NCBI GenBank assembly: GCA_047602405.1
Contig: JASGHJ010000002.1
Location: forward strand, 1,312,001-1,376,000
Source: Anaeromyxobacteraceae bacterium
GTDB lineage: Bacteria > Myxococcota > Myxococcia > Myxococcales > Anaeromyxobacteraceae
Length of the DNA stretch: 64,000 bases
Direction: 5' to 3'
This document shows, piece by piece, positions 38,441 through 49,250 of this stretch. The position numbers were made by a program, and so were the translations under genes. Within the stretch, counting starts at the first letter, position 1; each line of letters begins with the position of its first letter. The notes below the pieces were generated by a model. The model was not told the DNA's origin and made no database searches. It was given only the letters and a program-made list of their open reading frames with translations.

Positions 38441-39571
38441 TCACCCGCCCGCCATCACCGGCAGCTTCAGCTCGAACCGGGCGCCGCCGAGGGGCGACTC
38501 GTCGACGTGGATCGTGCCGCCGTGCTGGACGACGATGGCGTGCACGATCGAGAGCCCGAGCCCGGACCCCTTGGCCTTCGTCGTGAAGAACGGCTCGAAC
38601 ACGCGGTCGCGCACGCCCTCCGGGACGCCCGGCCCGTCGTCGTCGAGATCGATGAGGACGTGGGCGCCCGCGTCGGCGGTGGCGTCGGGGTCCGCGGCGA
38701 GGGGGCGGCAGGAGACGCGGACGCGGCCGCCGTCGCCCACGGCCTCGAGGGCGTTCAGGCCGAGGTTCACGAGCACCTGGCGCAGGCGCTCCTCGTCGCC
38801 CGGGATGGGCGGGCAGGGGACGAGGTCGCGATCCAGCTTGACGCCGCGGCGCTCGGCCTCGACCTCGAGGAGATCGAGCACCTTGCGCACCACCGGGACC
38901 ACCTCGACGGGCTTCGGGGCGAAGTCGCGCGGGCGGGCGAACTGGAGGAAGTCCTCCAGGATGTGATCCAGGCGGCGGATCTCGTCGCGCACCAGCGTGA
39001 GCGGCTCGAGGAGCGGGCCCTGAACGTCCCGCTCCATCTTCCGGATGCGGCGCTCGAGCACCGAGAGCTGGAGGGCGGCGGCGTTGAGCGGGTTGCGGAT
39101 CTCGTGGGAGAGGCCCGCGGTCATGGTGCCCACCGCCGCGAGCTTCTCGACCATCTGGGCGCGGCGGGCGAGCTCGCGCTTCTCGCCGTGCAGGCGGACC
39201 TGCCGGAGCGCCTGCTCGACGGTGACGAGGAGCTCCTGGGTGGCGCAGGGCTTCACGAGGTAGGCGCAGGCGCCGGCGCGCACCGCCGCCACGGCGGACT
39301 CGATGGTGGCGAAGCCGGTGAGGAGCACCACCTCGCCGTCGGGCTCGAGCGCCTTGAGGCGCGGGGCGAGGGCGGTGCCGTCGCCGTCGGGGAGCTTGAG
39401 ATCCACGAGCGCGACGTCGAAGCCCTCCGAGGCGGCGGTCAGCGCGCCCGCGCAGGTGCCCGCGCCCTGGACGGCGTAGCCGGCCGAGCTCAGGATCTCC
39501 GAGAGGTTCTCCACCAGCACCTCGTTGTCGTCGACGACGAGGAGCCTCGGGCGCCGCGCGGCCTCGCTCAC
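38441..39571 (-). CDS. Receiver-histidine kinase hybrid
   Basis: LLVVDD..DLKLPD receiver, then SHEIRNPL, NALEA, FFTTK..GSGLGL. Confidence 0.92.
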   Translation of the reverse strand: MSEAARRPRLLVVDDNEVLVENLSEILSSAGYAVQGAGTCAGALTAASEGFDVALVDLKLPDGDGTALAPRLKALEPDGEVVLLTGFATIESAVAAVRAGACAYLVKPCATQELLVTVEQALRQVRLHGEKRELARRAQMVEKLAAVGTMTAGLSHEIRNPLNAAALQLSVLERRIRKMERDVQGPLLEPLTLVRDEIRRLDHILEDFLQFARPRDFAPKPVEVVPVVRKVLDLLEVEAERRGVKLDRDLVPCPPIPGDEERLRQVLVNLGLNALEAVGDGGRVRVSCRPLAADPDATADAGAHVLIDLDDDGPGVPEGVRDRVFEPFFTTKAKGSGLGLSIVHAIVVQHGGTIHVDESPLGGARFELKLPVMAGG

Positions 39572-40278
39572 GTGAGGGTGGACTTCTTCGCGGCGTGGAG
39601 CTTCTCGACCGCGCCGAGGAGCGCGCCGGTGTCGAACGGCTTCTGGAACATCCCGTGGTGCGGGAGCGCGGGCGGGTCGTGCAGCGCGGTCACGACGATG
39701 AGCGGCATGTCCGGGTAGCGGGCGGCGAGCCGCCGGAGCGCCTCGCCGTCCGGGCCGCCCGGGACCCGGAGGTCCACGAGCGCGCAGAGCGGCTGCACCG
39801 GCCCGAGCGCGTCGGCCTCGGCGACCGAGCCGGCGGTGACCGGCGCGAAGCCGCGGGCGCGCAGCGCCTCGGCCACGTTGTCGGAGAGGCGGGCGTCGTC
39901 CTCGACCACGAGCACCACCGCGTCGCGCCGGGCCACCTCGAGGAGCTCCACGAGCCGCTCGACCGGCACCGGCTTCGGCATCACCGCGAGGATGCCCTCC
40001 GCGCGGGCGTTCGCGAGCGCCTCGTCCGAGACGTGGGCGGTGATGACCATCGCCGCCGCCCCGGGATCGATGCGCCGGATCTCGTGCACCACCTCGGCGC
40101 CGCCCATGACGGGCATGCGCATGTCGGTGAGGAGCGCGTCGAACTTCTGCTTGCGGGCCTGGTCGATGGCCTCGGGCCCCGACTCCGCCACGACCACGTC
40201 GTCGCCGCGGTCGCGCAGGATCTCCGCGAGGTTCTCGGCGAAGTCCCGGTTGTCGTCCACGATGAGGTACCGGCGCAT
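39568..40278 (-). CDS. Response regulator with two receiver domains
   Basis: IVDD..TDMRMP..KP and VEDD..VDLRVP..KP. Confidence 0.9.
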   Translation of the reverse strand: MRRYLIVDDNRDFAENLAEILRDRGDDVVVAESGPEAIDQARKQKFDALLTDMRMPVMGGAEVVHEIRRIDPGAAAMVITAHVSDEALANARAEGILAVMPKPVPVERLVELLEVARRDAVVLVVEDDARLSDNVAEALRARGFAPVTAGSVAEADALGPVQPLCALVDLRVPGGPDGEALRRLAARYPDMPLIVVTALHDPPALPHHGMFQKPFDTGALLGAVEKLHAAKKSTLT

Positions 40279-40289
40279 CTCGTCCCCCT

Positions 40290-41421
40290 CTAGGCCGGCA
40301 GGCGGATGGTGAACCGCGCCCCGCCCCCCGGCCGTTCGTCATAGGTGATGGTGCCGCCGTGGCGCTCCACGATCCGCTTCACGAGCGCGAGCCCGAGCCC
40401 GATGCCCTTGGCCTTGGTGGTGATGAGGGGCTCGAACAGCCGCCGCCGCGTGGCCGGGTCCACGCCGGGCCCGGTGTCGTCCACCACGAGCTCGATCTGG
40501 GCGTCGGCCCGGCGCCCGCGCACGCCGACGACGCCCTTCGCCCCCGCAGCGTACACCGCGTTCTCGACGAGGTTCACGAGCACCTGGCGCAGCTGCCCCG
40601 CGTCGCCCGACAGGACCGGGAGCTCGGCGAGCTCGAGCTCGAGCGCGACCTCCGGGGGGCGCTTCACCGACTCGACCACGTCGCGCACGAGGGCGTCGAG
40701 CCGGACGTCGGCGCGCGCGAGCGGGCGGTCCCGGATCATGTCGAGCAGGTTCGTGATGATCCCGTTCGCCACCCCGAGCTGCTCGCCGATGCGGTTGATG
40801 TGCTTCGCGGTGCGCTCGTCGACGTCGCCCTTCGACCTCAGGATGTAGAGCGAGGTCTCGATCACGCCGAGCGGGTTGCGCAGGTCGTGGCCGATCGAGC
40901 CCACGAGCTGACCGAAGGTCGAGAGCCGCTCCACCCGCGCCTGCTGGGCGAGCATGTCGTCGCGGTACGTGTGCAGCATGATGGCGAGCTCGAGGTCGAG
41001 GATTCTTGCCGACCGAGGAGCGGAGCTTGTCGAGCGCGTCGCCGTGGAAGTGGGCGCGCGCGACCCGGTCGAGCTCGTCCCGGTGCACGTTCATCGCCCC
41101 GAACATGTAGTGCTGGGGGAGGCCGATGCGGACGTGGATCCGGCCGATCTTGTACCGCTCGTTCCAGTAGTCCTCGTCCCACGGCCCGAGGAGGAGGCGG
41201 TCCAGCCAGGCCACCATCGTGACCTTGAGGTGGCCGACCGAGCTCTCGCCCCCGACGAGGGCCTTCTTCGCCTCCTCGTGGTTGAGGATCCGGTCGTAGA
41301 AGACCTCCGCCATGCGCTGGAACTCCGGCGCGGCGACCGGGTGGAACGCCCGGAGGCGCTCCTCGTCGGCCGTGTCGAAGAGGACGTACCGCTTCAGCTC
41401 CGCGAGCACGGTCTCGGGCAT
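40290..41421 (-). CDS. Globin-coupled O2-sensor histidine kinase, AfGcHK-like (apparent +1 error at 41001-41005)
   Basis: Sensor globin ([25 protein letters not shown]). Removing one base gives [16 protein letters not shown], joined to the GHDLRNPL kinase. Confidence 0.9.
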
Positions 41422-41505
41422 CCTCCGGGCTAGATAACCCGGGACCCGGGCGCATTCCAGCGCCTCGGGACCCCGCGGCCCGTGGAGGGGGCGGCCACGA
41501 AGGTG

Positions 41506-41943
41506 TCAGGAGGCCGGGCCGGACCCACCGTCCGCGTGGACGGCCTGGGCGACCAGGTCCAGGTCCCGCACGACGTCGGCGGCGAAGCGCACGAAGTCCG
41601 CCTCCGTGACGATGCCGACGAGCCCGCCCCGGGCGTCGCAGACCGGAAGGCACCCGAACTTCCGCTCGAGCATGAGCTGGGCCGCCTGGGCGAGCCCGGT
41701 ACCCGGCCGGACCGTCTCGACCGCGCGGGTCATGATCTCGCAGACGGGCCGCTCCCTCGGGGAGGGCGCCGCCGCGGCCCGGAGCAGGTCCCGGTGGGTG
41801 ACGAGCCCGACGAGCCGCCCCTCCTGCACGACGGGGAGGTGGCGGATGCCGCCGAGGCGCAGGAGCGACTCCGCGAGCGCGACGTCGTCGGTGGCGCGCA
41901 CCGTGACGAGGTCCCGCGTCATGAAGTCCTCGACCGCGATCAC
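41506..41943 (-). CDS. CBS domain protein
   Basis: IRHLPVV, GCLPV..GIVTEADF. Confidence 0.9.
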   Translation of the reverse strand: MIAVEDFMTRDLVTVRATDDVALAESLLRLGGIRHLPVVQEGRLVGLVTHRDLLRAAAAPSPRERPVCEIMTRAVETVRPGTGLAQAAQLMLERKFGCLPVCDARGGLVGIVTEADFVRFAADVVRDLDLVAQAVHADGGSGPAS

Positions 41944-41947
41944 GGGC

Positions 41948-42370
41948 TCAATGTACCACCAGCACGGGCCGCGGGCTGATGTGCACGAGCCGGTCGGAGG
42001 TGCTGCCGAGGAACATCCGCGCGACCGCGCCGTTGCCCCGGCTCCCGACCACGATCATGCCGACGTCGCTCGCCGCGCCCTCCTCGGCGATCGCCTCGGC
42101 CGGCGAGCCGTAGAGCACCGCGGTGGAGATCTCGAGGCCGGACTCGTCGAGGCTCGAGACCGCCTTCTCGAGCAGCCGGTCGGCGTACGCGCGGTGCTCC
42201 TTCTCGACCTCCGCGATGGTGAGGCCGTAGACGTCCGGGGGCAGGAGGAGCTTCGGGACGACGTGGACGAGCGTGAGCTTCGCCCCGAACCTGAGCGCGA
42301 TGTCGGCGGCCATCCGCGCCGCCTTCTGGGCGGGGTCGGAGCCGTCGATCGCGACGAGGATGCGCTTCAT
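41948..42370 (-). CDS. Universal stress protein
   Basis: KRILVAIDGS...IVVGSRG...LGSTS..LV...PVLVV. Confidence 0.93.
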   Translation of the reverse strand: MKRILVAIDGSDPAQKAARMAADIALRFGAKLTLVHVVPKLLLPPDVYGLTIAEVEKEHRAYADRLLEKAVSSLDESGLEISTAVLYGSPAEAIAEEGAASDVGMIVVGSRGNGAVARMFLGSTSDRLVHISPRPVLVVH

Positions 42371-42541
42371 GGGGACCCCCTCGAGCGAGTTCCAGCGTGG
42401 CTGGATCGTACAAGGAGGATGCCCGGGGGTGGCCGTGGCGCGGCGTCGCTGCGACCGGAGGTCGCACGGGCGCCACGGTCGAAAACAGAACGGCCGGCCG
42501 CGCGGGACGCGCGTCCGGCCGCTCGCCGAGAAGGCCGCGTG

Positions 42542-42757
42542 CTACGCGCTCTTCGTGGTGTCCGACGCCGCCGGCGTGGAGGCCTGGGCGGGCGGCGTGG
42601 CGGCGGGCTTCTGCTCGTCGTCGCCGTTGAAGGACTTCTTGAAGCCGCGGATCGCCTGGCCGAGGCCGGCGCCGAGCTGGGGCAGCTTGCTCGAGCCGAA
42701 CAGCAGCACGATGATCGCGAAGATGAGCAGCAGCTCCGGCATCCTGAGACCGAACAT
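42542..42757 (-). CDS. tatA: Twin-arginine translocase TatA/E subunit
   Basis: ELLLIFAIIVLLFG..KLP.LG..LG.AIRGFK. Confidence 0.93.
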   Translation of the reverse strand: MFGLRMPELLLIFAIIVLLFGSSKLPQLGAGLGQAIRGFKKSFNGDDEQKPAATPPAQASTPAASDTTKSA

Positions 42758-42797
42758 TTTCTGACTCTCCGTAGGGCCCGAGTGGCCGGGCGGCGTC

Positions 42798-42806
42798 GTT
42801 ATAACA
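42798..42806 (-). promoter_or_regulatory. Putative extended -10 (sigma-70) of tatA
   Basis: TGTTATAAC on the minus strand ~40 nt upstream of the ATG. Confidence 0.4.
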
Positions 42807-42844
42807 CGGTGGGGCCGGGCTTTTCTTCCCGACTCACCGCTGCA

Positions 42845-43504
42845 TCATGCAGCGTTGTCTTCCATCGCGAGTGCGGCGAGGCGCCTCGGGTCCAGCACCT
42901 TCAACCCGCGGGTCGCGTCCAGCATCCCGTCGGACTCCAGGCGGGTCAGGCACCGCGAGAGGGTCTCCGGCCGCATCCCGAGCAGGCGCGCCACCACCTG
43001 CTTGCGCACCGCGTTGGGCCGGTCGGCCAGGAACCGGGCGTGCGCGAGGGCGAACCGCGCCACGCGGGACAGGCAGTCGCCCTGGCGCCAGTTCACCTCG
43101 TCGCGCTGCTGGCGAGACTCGGTGAGGAGGAGGTCGAGCACGACGCGCGCGGCGCTCTTCTCGGGCCCGACCCACTGCGAGAGCGCGTCGCCGGCGATGC
43201 CGCAGATCTTCACCCGCGAGAGCGCGCGGACCTCGAACGGCGACGCCTCGTCGTGCATCGCCTCGGTGCACAGGAGCGAGCTCGGTCCGCGGAGCGACAG
43301 GAGGAGCTCCGAGCCCTTCGGGCTCACGGACGAGAGCGAGACGAAGCCCTCCTTCACGAAGTAGACGGTGCGGGGACGCTCGCCCTGGGCGCAGATCGTC
43401 GACCCCGCCTCCCGGGTGGTGGGCGTGAGGCGGCAGCGCCCGCCCTGGGAGGCGATGCCCATCGAGCAGGCGTTGCAGTCGGTGACGGGTGCGTTCGAGA
43501 GCAA
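42845..43504 (-). CDS. Crp/Fnr family regulator, FNR-like
   Basis: N-terminal CNAC...C cluster, cNMP-type barrel, HTH with ETLSR; TTG start after GGAG. Confidence 0.88.
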   Translation of the reverse strand: MLSNAPVTDCNACSMGIASQGGRCRLTPTTREAGSTICAQGERPRTVYFVKEGFVSLSSVSPKGSELLLSLRGPSSLLCTEAMHDEASPFEVRALSRVKICGIAGDALSQWVGPEKSAARVVLDLLLTESRQQRDEVNWRQGDCLSRVARFALAHARFLADRPNAVRKQVVARLLGMRPETLSRCLTRLESDGMLDATRGLKVLDPRRLAALAMEDNAA

Positions 43505-43533
43505 GGTCGGGCTCCTTCAGAGCAAGGCGCGTA

Positions 43534-43625
43534 TTGATCGCGTGCAGTTTGCATGAGCCACGCCCGCGAAAAGACGAGGGTTTCCCCTTGATCGGGTGCA
43601 GGGGTTGCGCCTTGGGCCAGATCAA
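43534..43625. promoter_or_regulatory. Three FNR-box-like sites
   Basis: TTGATCGCGTGCAG (43534-47), TTGATCGGGTGCAG (43588-601), TTGGGCCAGATCAA (43612-25) versus consensus TTGAT-N4-ATCAA. Confidence 0.5.
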
Positions 43626-43747
43626 GCCGGGGAGGGCGCAACGTTTGCGAAAGGGGGCCCCTTCCGGAGCCATCATTTCGCGGCGCGACCGGGTCTCGGC
43701 ACCCACCGGGTGTCGGCGGCGAGGGCGCCGGGTTAGAACGGCGGACC

Positions 43748-45977
43748 ATGCTCGCCGCCCTCGTCCTCTCCGCCGCGCTCGCGGCGGACGCCCCGCCGAA
43801 CGCCGATCCCTACAACGCCCAGCTCGCCGCGACGTACGGCTTCCGCGCCGGCCGCCCGTACGCGGTCCAGCTCGCGCCGGACGGCAAGACGGCGTGGTTC
43901 CTCCGCTCGGGCCCCCGCTCGCGCGTGGCGACGCTGTTCGAGGTGGAGCTCGCGACCGGCGCGGTGAAGGAGCTCGTGACGCCGGACGCGCTCGGGGGCG
44001 TGAAGGACCCCACCGCCGCCGAGGCCGCCCGCATGGAGCGGACCCGCAGCATCGGCCGCGGCATCACCGGCTTCTTCCCGTCGCCCGACGGCGCGCGGCT
44101 CGGCATCGTCTCGGCGGGCAAGGTCTTCGGGTTCGCCCGGAAGACCGGCGCGCTCTCGCTGCTCGCCGACGGCGTGGTCGACCCGCGCTTCTCGCCCGAC
44201 GGGAAGCTGCTCGCCTACGTGAAGTCGAGGGACGTCTGGGTCCTCGACCTCGCGACCGGCAAGGAGCGGCGGCTGACGCGCGCGGTGGGCCCGAAGGTCT
44301 CGAACGGCCTCCCCGAGTTCGTCGCGCAGGAGGAGATGCACCGGTACGAGGGCTACTGGTGGTCGCCCGACTCGAGGCGGATCGCGTTCGAGGAGGTCGA
44401 CGAGGCGCCGGTCGACACCTGGACGCTCTGCGACCCGGCCCACCCGGAGCGGCCGTGCCAGGCGCTCGCGTACCCCGCCGCGGGCCGCCCGAACGCGCGC
44501 GTCCGGCTCGGCGTGGTGAAGGTGGCGGGCGGCTCGCCGACCTGGGTGCGGTGGGACGACGCCAGGTTCCCGTACCTCACGACGGTGCGGTGGCAGGCGG
44601 GCGGCCCCCTCGCGCTCCTCGTCATGGACCGGCGGCAGCGCGTCGAGCAGCTCCTCTCCGCCGACCCGGTGACCGGCGCGACGTCGCTCCTCCTCGAGGA
44701 GCGCGACGAGGACTGGCTCGTCCTCGACCAGGACTTCCCCGCCTTCCGCCGCGACGGCGCCTTCTACTGGCACACCGACCGGAACGGGGGCGAGGAGGTC
44801 GAGCTGCGCGCGGCCGACGGCGCGCTCGTGCGGAGCGTCGTGCCGCCGTCCGCCGGCTTCGACCGCCTCGCCGGCCACGACCGCGACGCGGACGTGCTCG
44901 CGTTCACGGCGTCGCCGGAGCCCACCCGCTCCGTCGTCATGGCGGTCCGCGCCGCCGGCGAGCCGTTCCTGGTGCCCCTCGGCGACGAACCGGCGAGCCG
45001 CACCGCGAAGCTCTCGGAGCGCGGCGGCGTGCTCGCGGTGACGCGCACGACCTCGCAGGAGCTCTCGCGCGCCGCGATCGTCGCCCTCGACGGGAAGAAG
45101 CTCGCCGACCTCCCCTCGGTGGCCGAGGAGCCGGCGTTCCCCTGGCGGTCGGAGCTCCTGCTCGTGGGCAAGGGCGACCCTGCGGTCGCGGACGGGCAGG
45201 GGCTCTGGACCGCGCTCGTCCTCCCCCGCGTGCCGCGGCCCGGCCCGCTGCCGGTCCTCGTCGACGTGTACGGCGGCCCGAGCGGTCCCTCGGCGGTCCA
45301 CGCGCCGATGCACCTCGCGCAGTGGTTCGCCGACCACGGGTTCGCGGTCGTGCGCGTCGACGGGCGGGGCACCGGGCGCCGCGGGCGCGCGTTCGAGCGC
45401 GCGATCCGGGGGTTCGGGCGCTCCATCCTGGACGATCAGAATCGCCGGCCTGCGCGGCGTCGCGGCGGCCCACCCGGGCCTGCTCGACCTCTCCCGGGTC
45501 GGGATCTTTGGCTGGTCGTTCGGCGGCTACACCGCCGCCCGCGCCGTGCTGGAGCGGCCGGACGTCTTCACGGCCGCGGTGGCGGGCGCGCCGGTCACCG
45601 ACTGGCGCGACTACGACACCTTCTACACCGAGCGTTACATGGGCCTGCCGGACGCCGACCGGGCGGCCTACGACGCGGCGTCGCTCCTGCCGATGGCGCC
45701 GAGGCTCTCCCGGCCGCTGCTCCTCATCCACGGCACCGCCGACGACAACGTCTGGTTCGCGAACTCGCTCAAGCTCGCCGACGCGCTCTTCCGCGCCGCG
45801 CGGCCCTTCGAGCTCCTGCCCGTCGGCGGCGCCACGCACATGGTCCCGGATCCGGTCGCCTCCCGCCGCGTCAAGGAGGCGGAGCTCGAGTTCTTCACGC
45901 GGCACCTCGCGCCCGCCCCGGCGCCCACGGCCGCCTTCGGGAAGCCGCGCGAGGGCGCGAGCGCGTCAACGAACTGA
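43748..45977 (+). CDS. S9B dipeptidyl peptidase IV-like protein (apparent +1 error at 45439-45443)
   Basis: AQEEM, WWSPD, VYGGP; after correction GWSFGG, YD..YTERYMG.P, HGTADDNV and His. Confidence 0.92.
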
Positions 45978-46020
45978 CGCGGCCCCGCGCAACCCCGCGA
46001 CGCGGCTCGGGGCTGCTCCC

Positions 46021-46036
46021 CGGCACCCCGCTTGCT
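46021..46036 (+). promoter_or_regulatory. Putative sigma-54 promoter
   Basis: CGGCACCCCGCTTGCT, close to TGGCAC-N5-TTGCW, 15 nt before the glycosyltransferase ATG. Confidence 0.55.
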
Positions 46037-46051
46037 CCCGGGAAGGCCGGG

Positions 46052-47426
46052 ATGGCGCGCCTGACGCTCTGCCTGATCGCGAGGGACGAGGAGCGCCTGC
46101 TCCCCGGCTGCCTCGCGTCGGTCGCCGGCGTGGCCGACGAGGTGGTGCTCGTCGACACGGGCTCCTCCGACCGCACCCGGGAGCTCGCCCGCGCCGCGGG
46201 GGCGAGGGTGCTCGAGCGCCCCTGGGACGACGACTTCGCCGCGCCCCGCAACCTCGCCGCCCGGGCCGCCTCGGGGGAGTGGCTGCTCGTCCTCGACGCG
46301 GACGAGCGGCTCGCGCCCGGCGCGGGCCCGGCCCTCGCCGCGGCGATGGCCCGGCGCGACCTCGACCTCGGCATGGTGCGGCTCCACAACGCCTCGCGCG
46401 AGGACGCCGCGCCGGCGGAGATCCTCTCCGGCCTCGCGCGGCAGGGCCCCCCGGCGCTCCTGCCCCGGCTCGTGAGGAACGCCGGGGAGCCGACCTGGCG
46501 CGGCGCGATCCACGAGAGCCTCGCGGAGTGGCTCTTCGCCCGTGGCGACCGGCGCGCCGAGGTCCCGGTGGACGTCCTGCACCTCGGCTACGCGCCCGGC
46601 CTCGTCCAGGGGCGCGGCAAGCGCGAGCGGAACGTGCAGCTCCTCCGGCGACGCTGCGCGGCCGAGCCGGACGACGTGACGCCGCGGGGCTACCTCGCCC
46701 TCGAGCTCCTCGCGGCCGGCCGGCCGGAGGAGGCCTGGGGGGTGACGGAGGAGGGCTGGAGCCTCCTGCCGCGGCAGCCGGCCCACCGGGACCTCTCCCG
46801 GCTCGCGATCGCGCGCGGGCTCCTCGCCCTGCGCCGCCCGGACCCCGCGGCGGCCCGCGAGGCGGCGGACCGGGCCGAGGCGCGGACCGGCCCCCACCCC
46901 GACCTCGACCACCTCCGCGGCTTCGCGCTCGAGAATCGAGGCCGTCGCCGCGCGCCCGCGCTCGCCCGAGCGCGCGGCGTTGCTCGGGCGGGCCGAGGCC
47001 GCCCTCCGCGCGGCCCTCGCGCGGCTGCGGGCGGGCGCTGCGTTCGAGGTCCTCCTCGCCGCCTCCGAGGCCGGCACCGGGGGCCGCCTCGGCGCGGTCC
47101 TGCTCCTCGCGGGGCGGCCGCGGGACGCGCTCGCGGCCTTCGCGGAGGCGCTCCGGGCGGAGCCGGGGAGCGCCGCGGCGCGCGCCGGGGCGGCGGAGGC
47201 GCTCCTCGAGCTCGGCCAGCCGGCGAAGGCGCTCGAGACGGTGGAGGCGGCGCTCGGCGAGGCGCCGGACGGCTGGATCGTCGCGGCCGCCGCGGCCCAC
47301 GCGCTGGGCGCTGCGGCGGAGGCGCGCGCGTTCCTCGCCGAGGCGGCGCGGCGGAGCGGGATCGGGTTCGACTGCGTGCACCGGCGGGCCCGGCAGGCCG
47401 CCCTCGAGGCCGCGCTCGGCGCTTGA
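46052..47426 (+). CDS. GT2 glycosyltransferase with TPR tail (apparent +1 error at 46933-46937)
   Basis: LIARDEE, VDTGSSD.T, DDFAAPRN, LDADE, IHE, HLGY. Confidence 0.88.
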
Positions 47427-47480
47427 CCCGGGCCGCCGCCGGACGTACTCCCCGGGCGTCCCCCGTCCCGGAGGCGCCCC

Positions 47481-48639
47481 ATGGCCCGTCCCTTCGCGCC
47501 CGCCGCGCTCGTCGCCCTCGCCGCCCTCGCCGCCTGCGGCGGCGGCGACGCGAAGCCCGGCGGCGACGGCAAGCTCGCCGTGCTCTTCCGCGTGCACGCG
47601 CCGCCGGCCACCCCGGCCGGCGCGACGCTCACCCTCGCCGGCGACTTCAACGGGTGGGATCCCGCCGCGCCGGGCTACGCGCTCGCCGAGGTGTCGCCGG
47701 GCACCCACGAGCTCAGCCTCCGGTTCGCGAAGGGCACGTCCATCGCGTTCAAGGTCACCCGCGGCAGCTGGGCCACCGTCGAGAAGGGCGGGCGCTTCGA
47801 GGAGGTCCAGAACCGGACCTTCGAGATCGTCAGCGACACGACGCTCGACGTCGCGGTGGGCGGGTGGGCGGACCAGCCGCCGGTGGTGGGCGACGTCACG
47901 ACCCTCGCCGTGCCGGGCTTCCTGGGCGGGCGCCAGGTCTGGGTCTACCTCCCGCCGGGCTACGCGACGTCGACCGCCCGCTACCCCGTGCTCTACCTGC
48001 TCGACGGGCAGAACGTCTTCGACGCCCGGACCTCCTTCGCGGGCGAGTGGCGGGTCGACGAGGCGCTCGAGGCGCTCATCCCGGCCGGCGAGGTGGTTCC
48101 CCTCGTCGTCGTCGCGGTCGAGAACGGCGGGGGGAAGCGCATCGCCGAGTACACGCCCTGGCCGGACCCGGACTACCCGGAGGGCGGCGGCGCCGGCGCG
48201 CACCTCACCGCCATCGCCGACGTGCTCGTGCCGTGGGTGGACGCGACCTACCGGACGGTGACGGCGCCGGCGGCGCGCGGCCTCGGCGGGTCCTCGCTCG
48301 GCGGGCTGTTCACGGTGTACGGGCTCCTCGCGCGCCCCGACGTCTTCGGCCGGGGCATGGCGATGTCGTCCTCGATTCTGGTGGGACGGGCGGGAGCTCC
48401 TCGCCTACGTGAACGCGGGGACGAAGCCGGCGGGGGCGCGGCTCTGGACCGACATGGGCGCCGCCGAGTGCAGCGCGTGCATCGGAGACCTGCGGGACCT
48501 CCGGGACGCGCTCGTGGCGAAGGGCTTCGTGCTCGGGGACGATTCCACGGCGGTCGAGGCGCCGGGGGCCTCGCACAACGAGGCGGCCTGGTCCGCCCGG
48601 TTCCCCGACGCGGTGCGCTGGCTTTTCCCGCCGCCGTAG
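47481..48639 (+). CDS. Lipoprotein with carbohydrate-binding module plus alpha/beta-hydrolase esterase (apparent +1 error at 48374-48378)
   Basis: LAAC; AGDFNGW, FK.TRGSW..VE; YPVLYL.DGQN, GSSLGG; after correction SSIWW...HNE.AW..R. Confidence 0.85.
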
Positions 48640-48660
48640 CGGGCGGGCGGCCACGGCGGA

Positions 48661-48698
48661 AAAAGAAACAGCGGGGCGGCCCTCTCGGACCGCCCCGC
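48661..48698 (-). terminator. Putative intrinsic terminator downstream of fliS
   Basis: GCGGGGCGG/CCGCCCCGC stem followed by a T-rich run on the minus strand. Confidence 0.55.
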
Positions 48699-48718
48699 CG
48701 ACCACCCGGTGAGATCGA

Positions 48719-49102
48719 TCAACGCGCCGCGCCTGCGAGCGAGGTCACCGCCTTCTCGAATGCGTCGGCGATGGGTGCGAAGGCCCGCTCCGCATCGCGT
48801 GCGGCCCGAACGTCACGGGAGAGCACCGCGGTGTTGAGGCGGAAGCACACGAAGCGGTACACCTCGGCGAGCTGGTCACACAGCTCGGGGGCCCTGGAGC
48901 GGTCGAGCGTCGCGTGGAGCTCGACGACGATGTCCGTGGCCTTTCCGAGGGCGCGTCCCGCCTCTCCGGACTTGCCGTCCTCCAGGAACGTGGCGCCGTT
49001 GCGGATGTTGCGCAGCGCAGCCTGGAAGAGGAGCACCATCAGGCGCTCCGGAGATGCGGTCTCGCGCTCGGCCTGCGAGTACCTTCTGGCGAACGGGTTC
49101 AT
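48719..49102 (-). CDS. fliS: Flagellin export chaperone FliS
   Basis: Y...TASPERLMVLLF..AL; KA.DIV.EL..TLD; L..VY.F. Confidence 0.9.
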   Translation of the reverse strand: MNPFARRYSQAERETASPERLMVLLFQAALRNIRNGATFLEDGKSGEAGRALGKATDIVVELHATLDRSRAPELCDQLAEVYRFVCFRLNTAVLSRDVRAARDAERAFAPIADAFEKAVTSLAGAAR

Positions 49103-49197
49103 GATCCCACCTGGTCGTCTACTTGCTCGGTCCCTCGCCGCCCGTCACCGGGAGGCGCTGGACCCTCGGACTGCACTGCGTTTCTCGGCTTTCGGAG

Positions 49198-49229
49198 GCC
49201 GCCCCGGGGCGGTCAGGCCCCGGGGCGGC
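49198..49229. terminator. Strong hairpin downstream of second flagellin
   Basis: GCCGCCCCGGGG/CCCCGGGGCGGC inverted repeat. Confidence 0.5.
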
Positions 49230-49250
49230 TTTCCGGTCACTCAACCTCGG

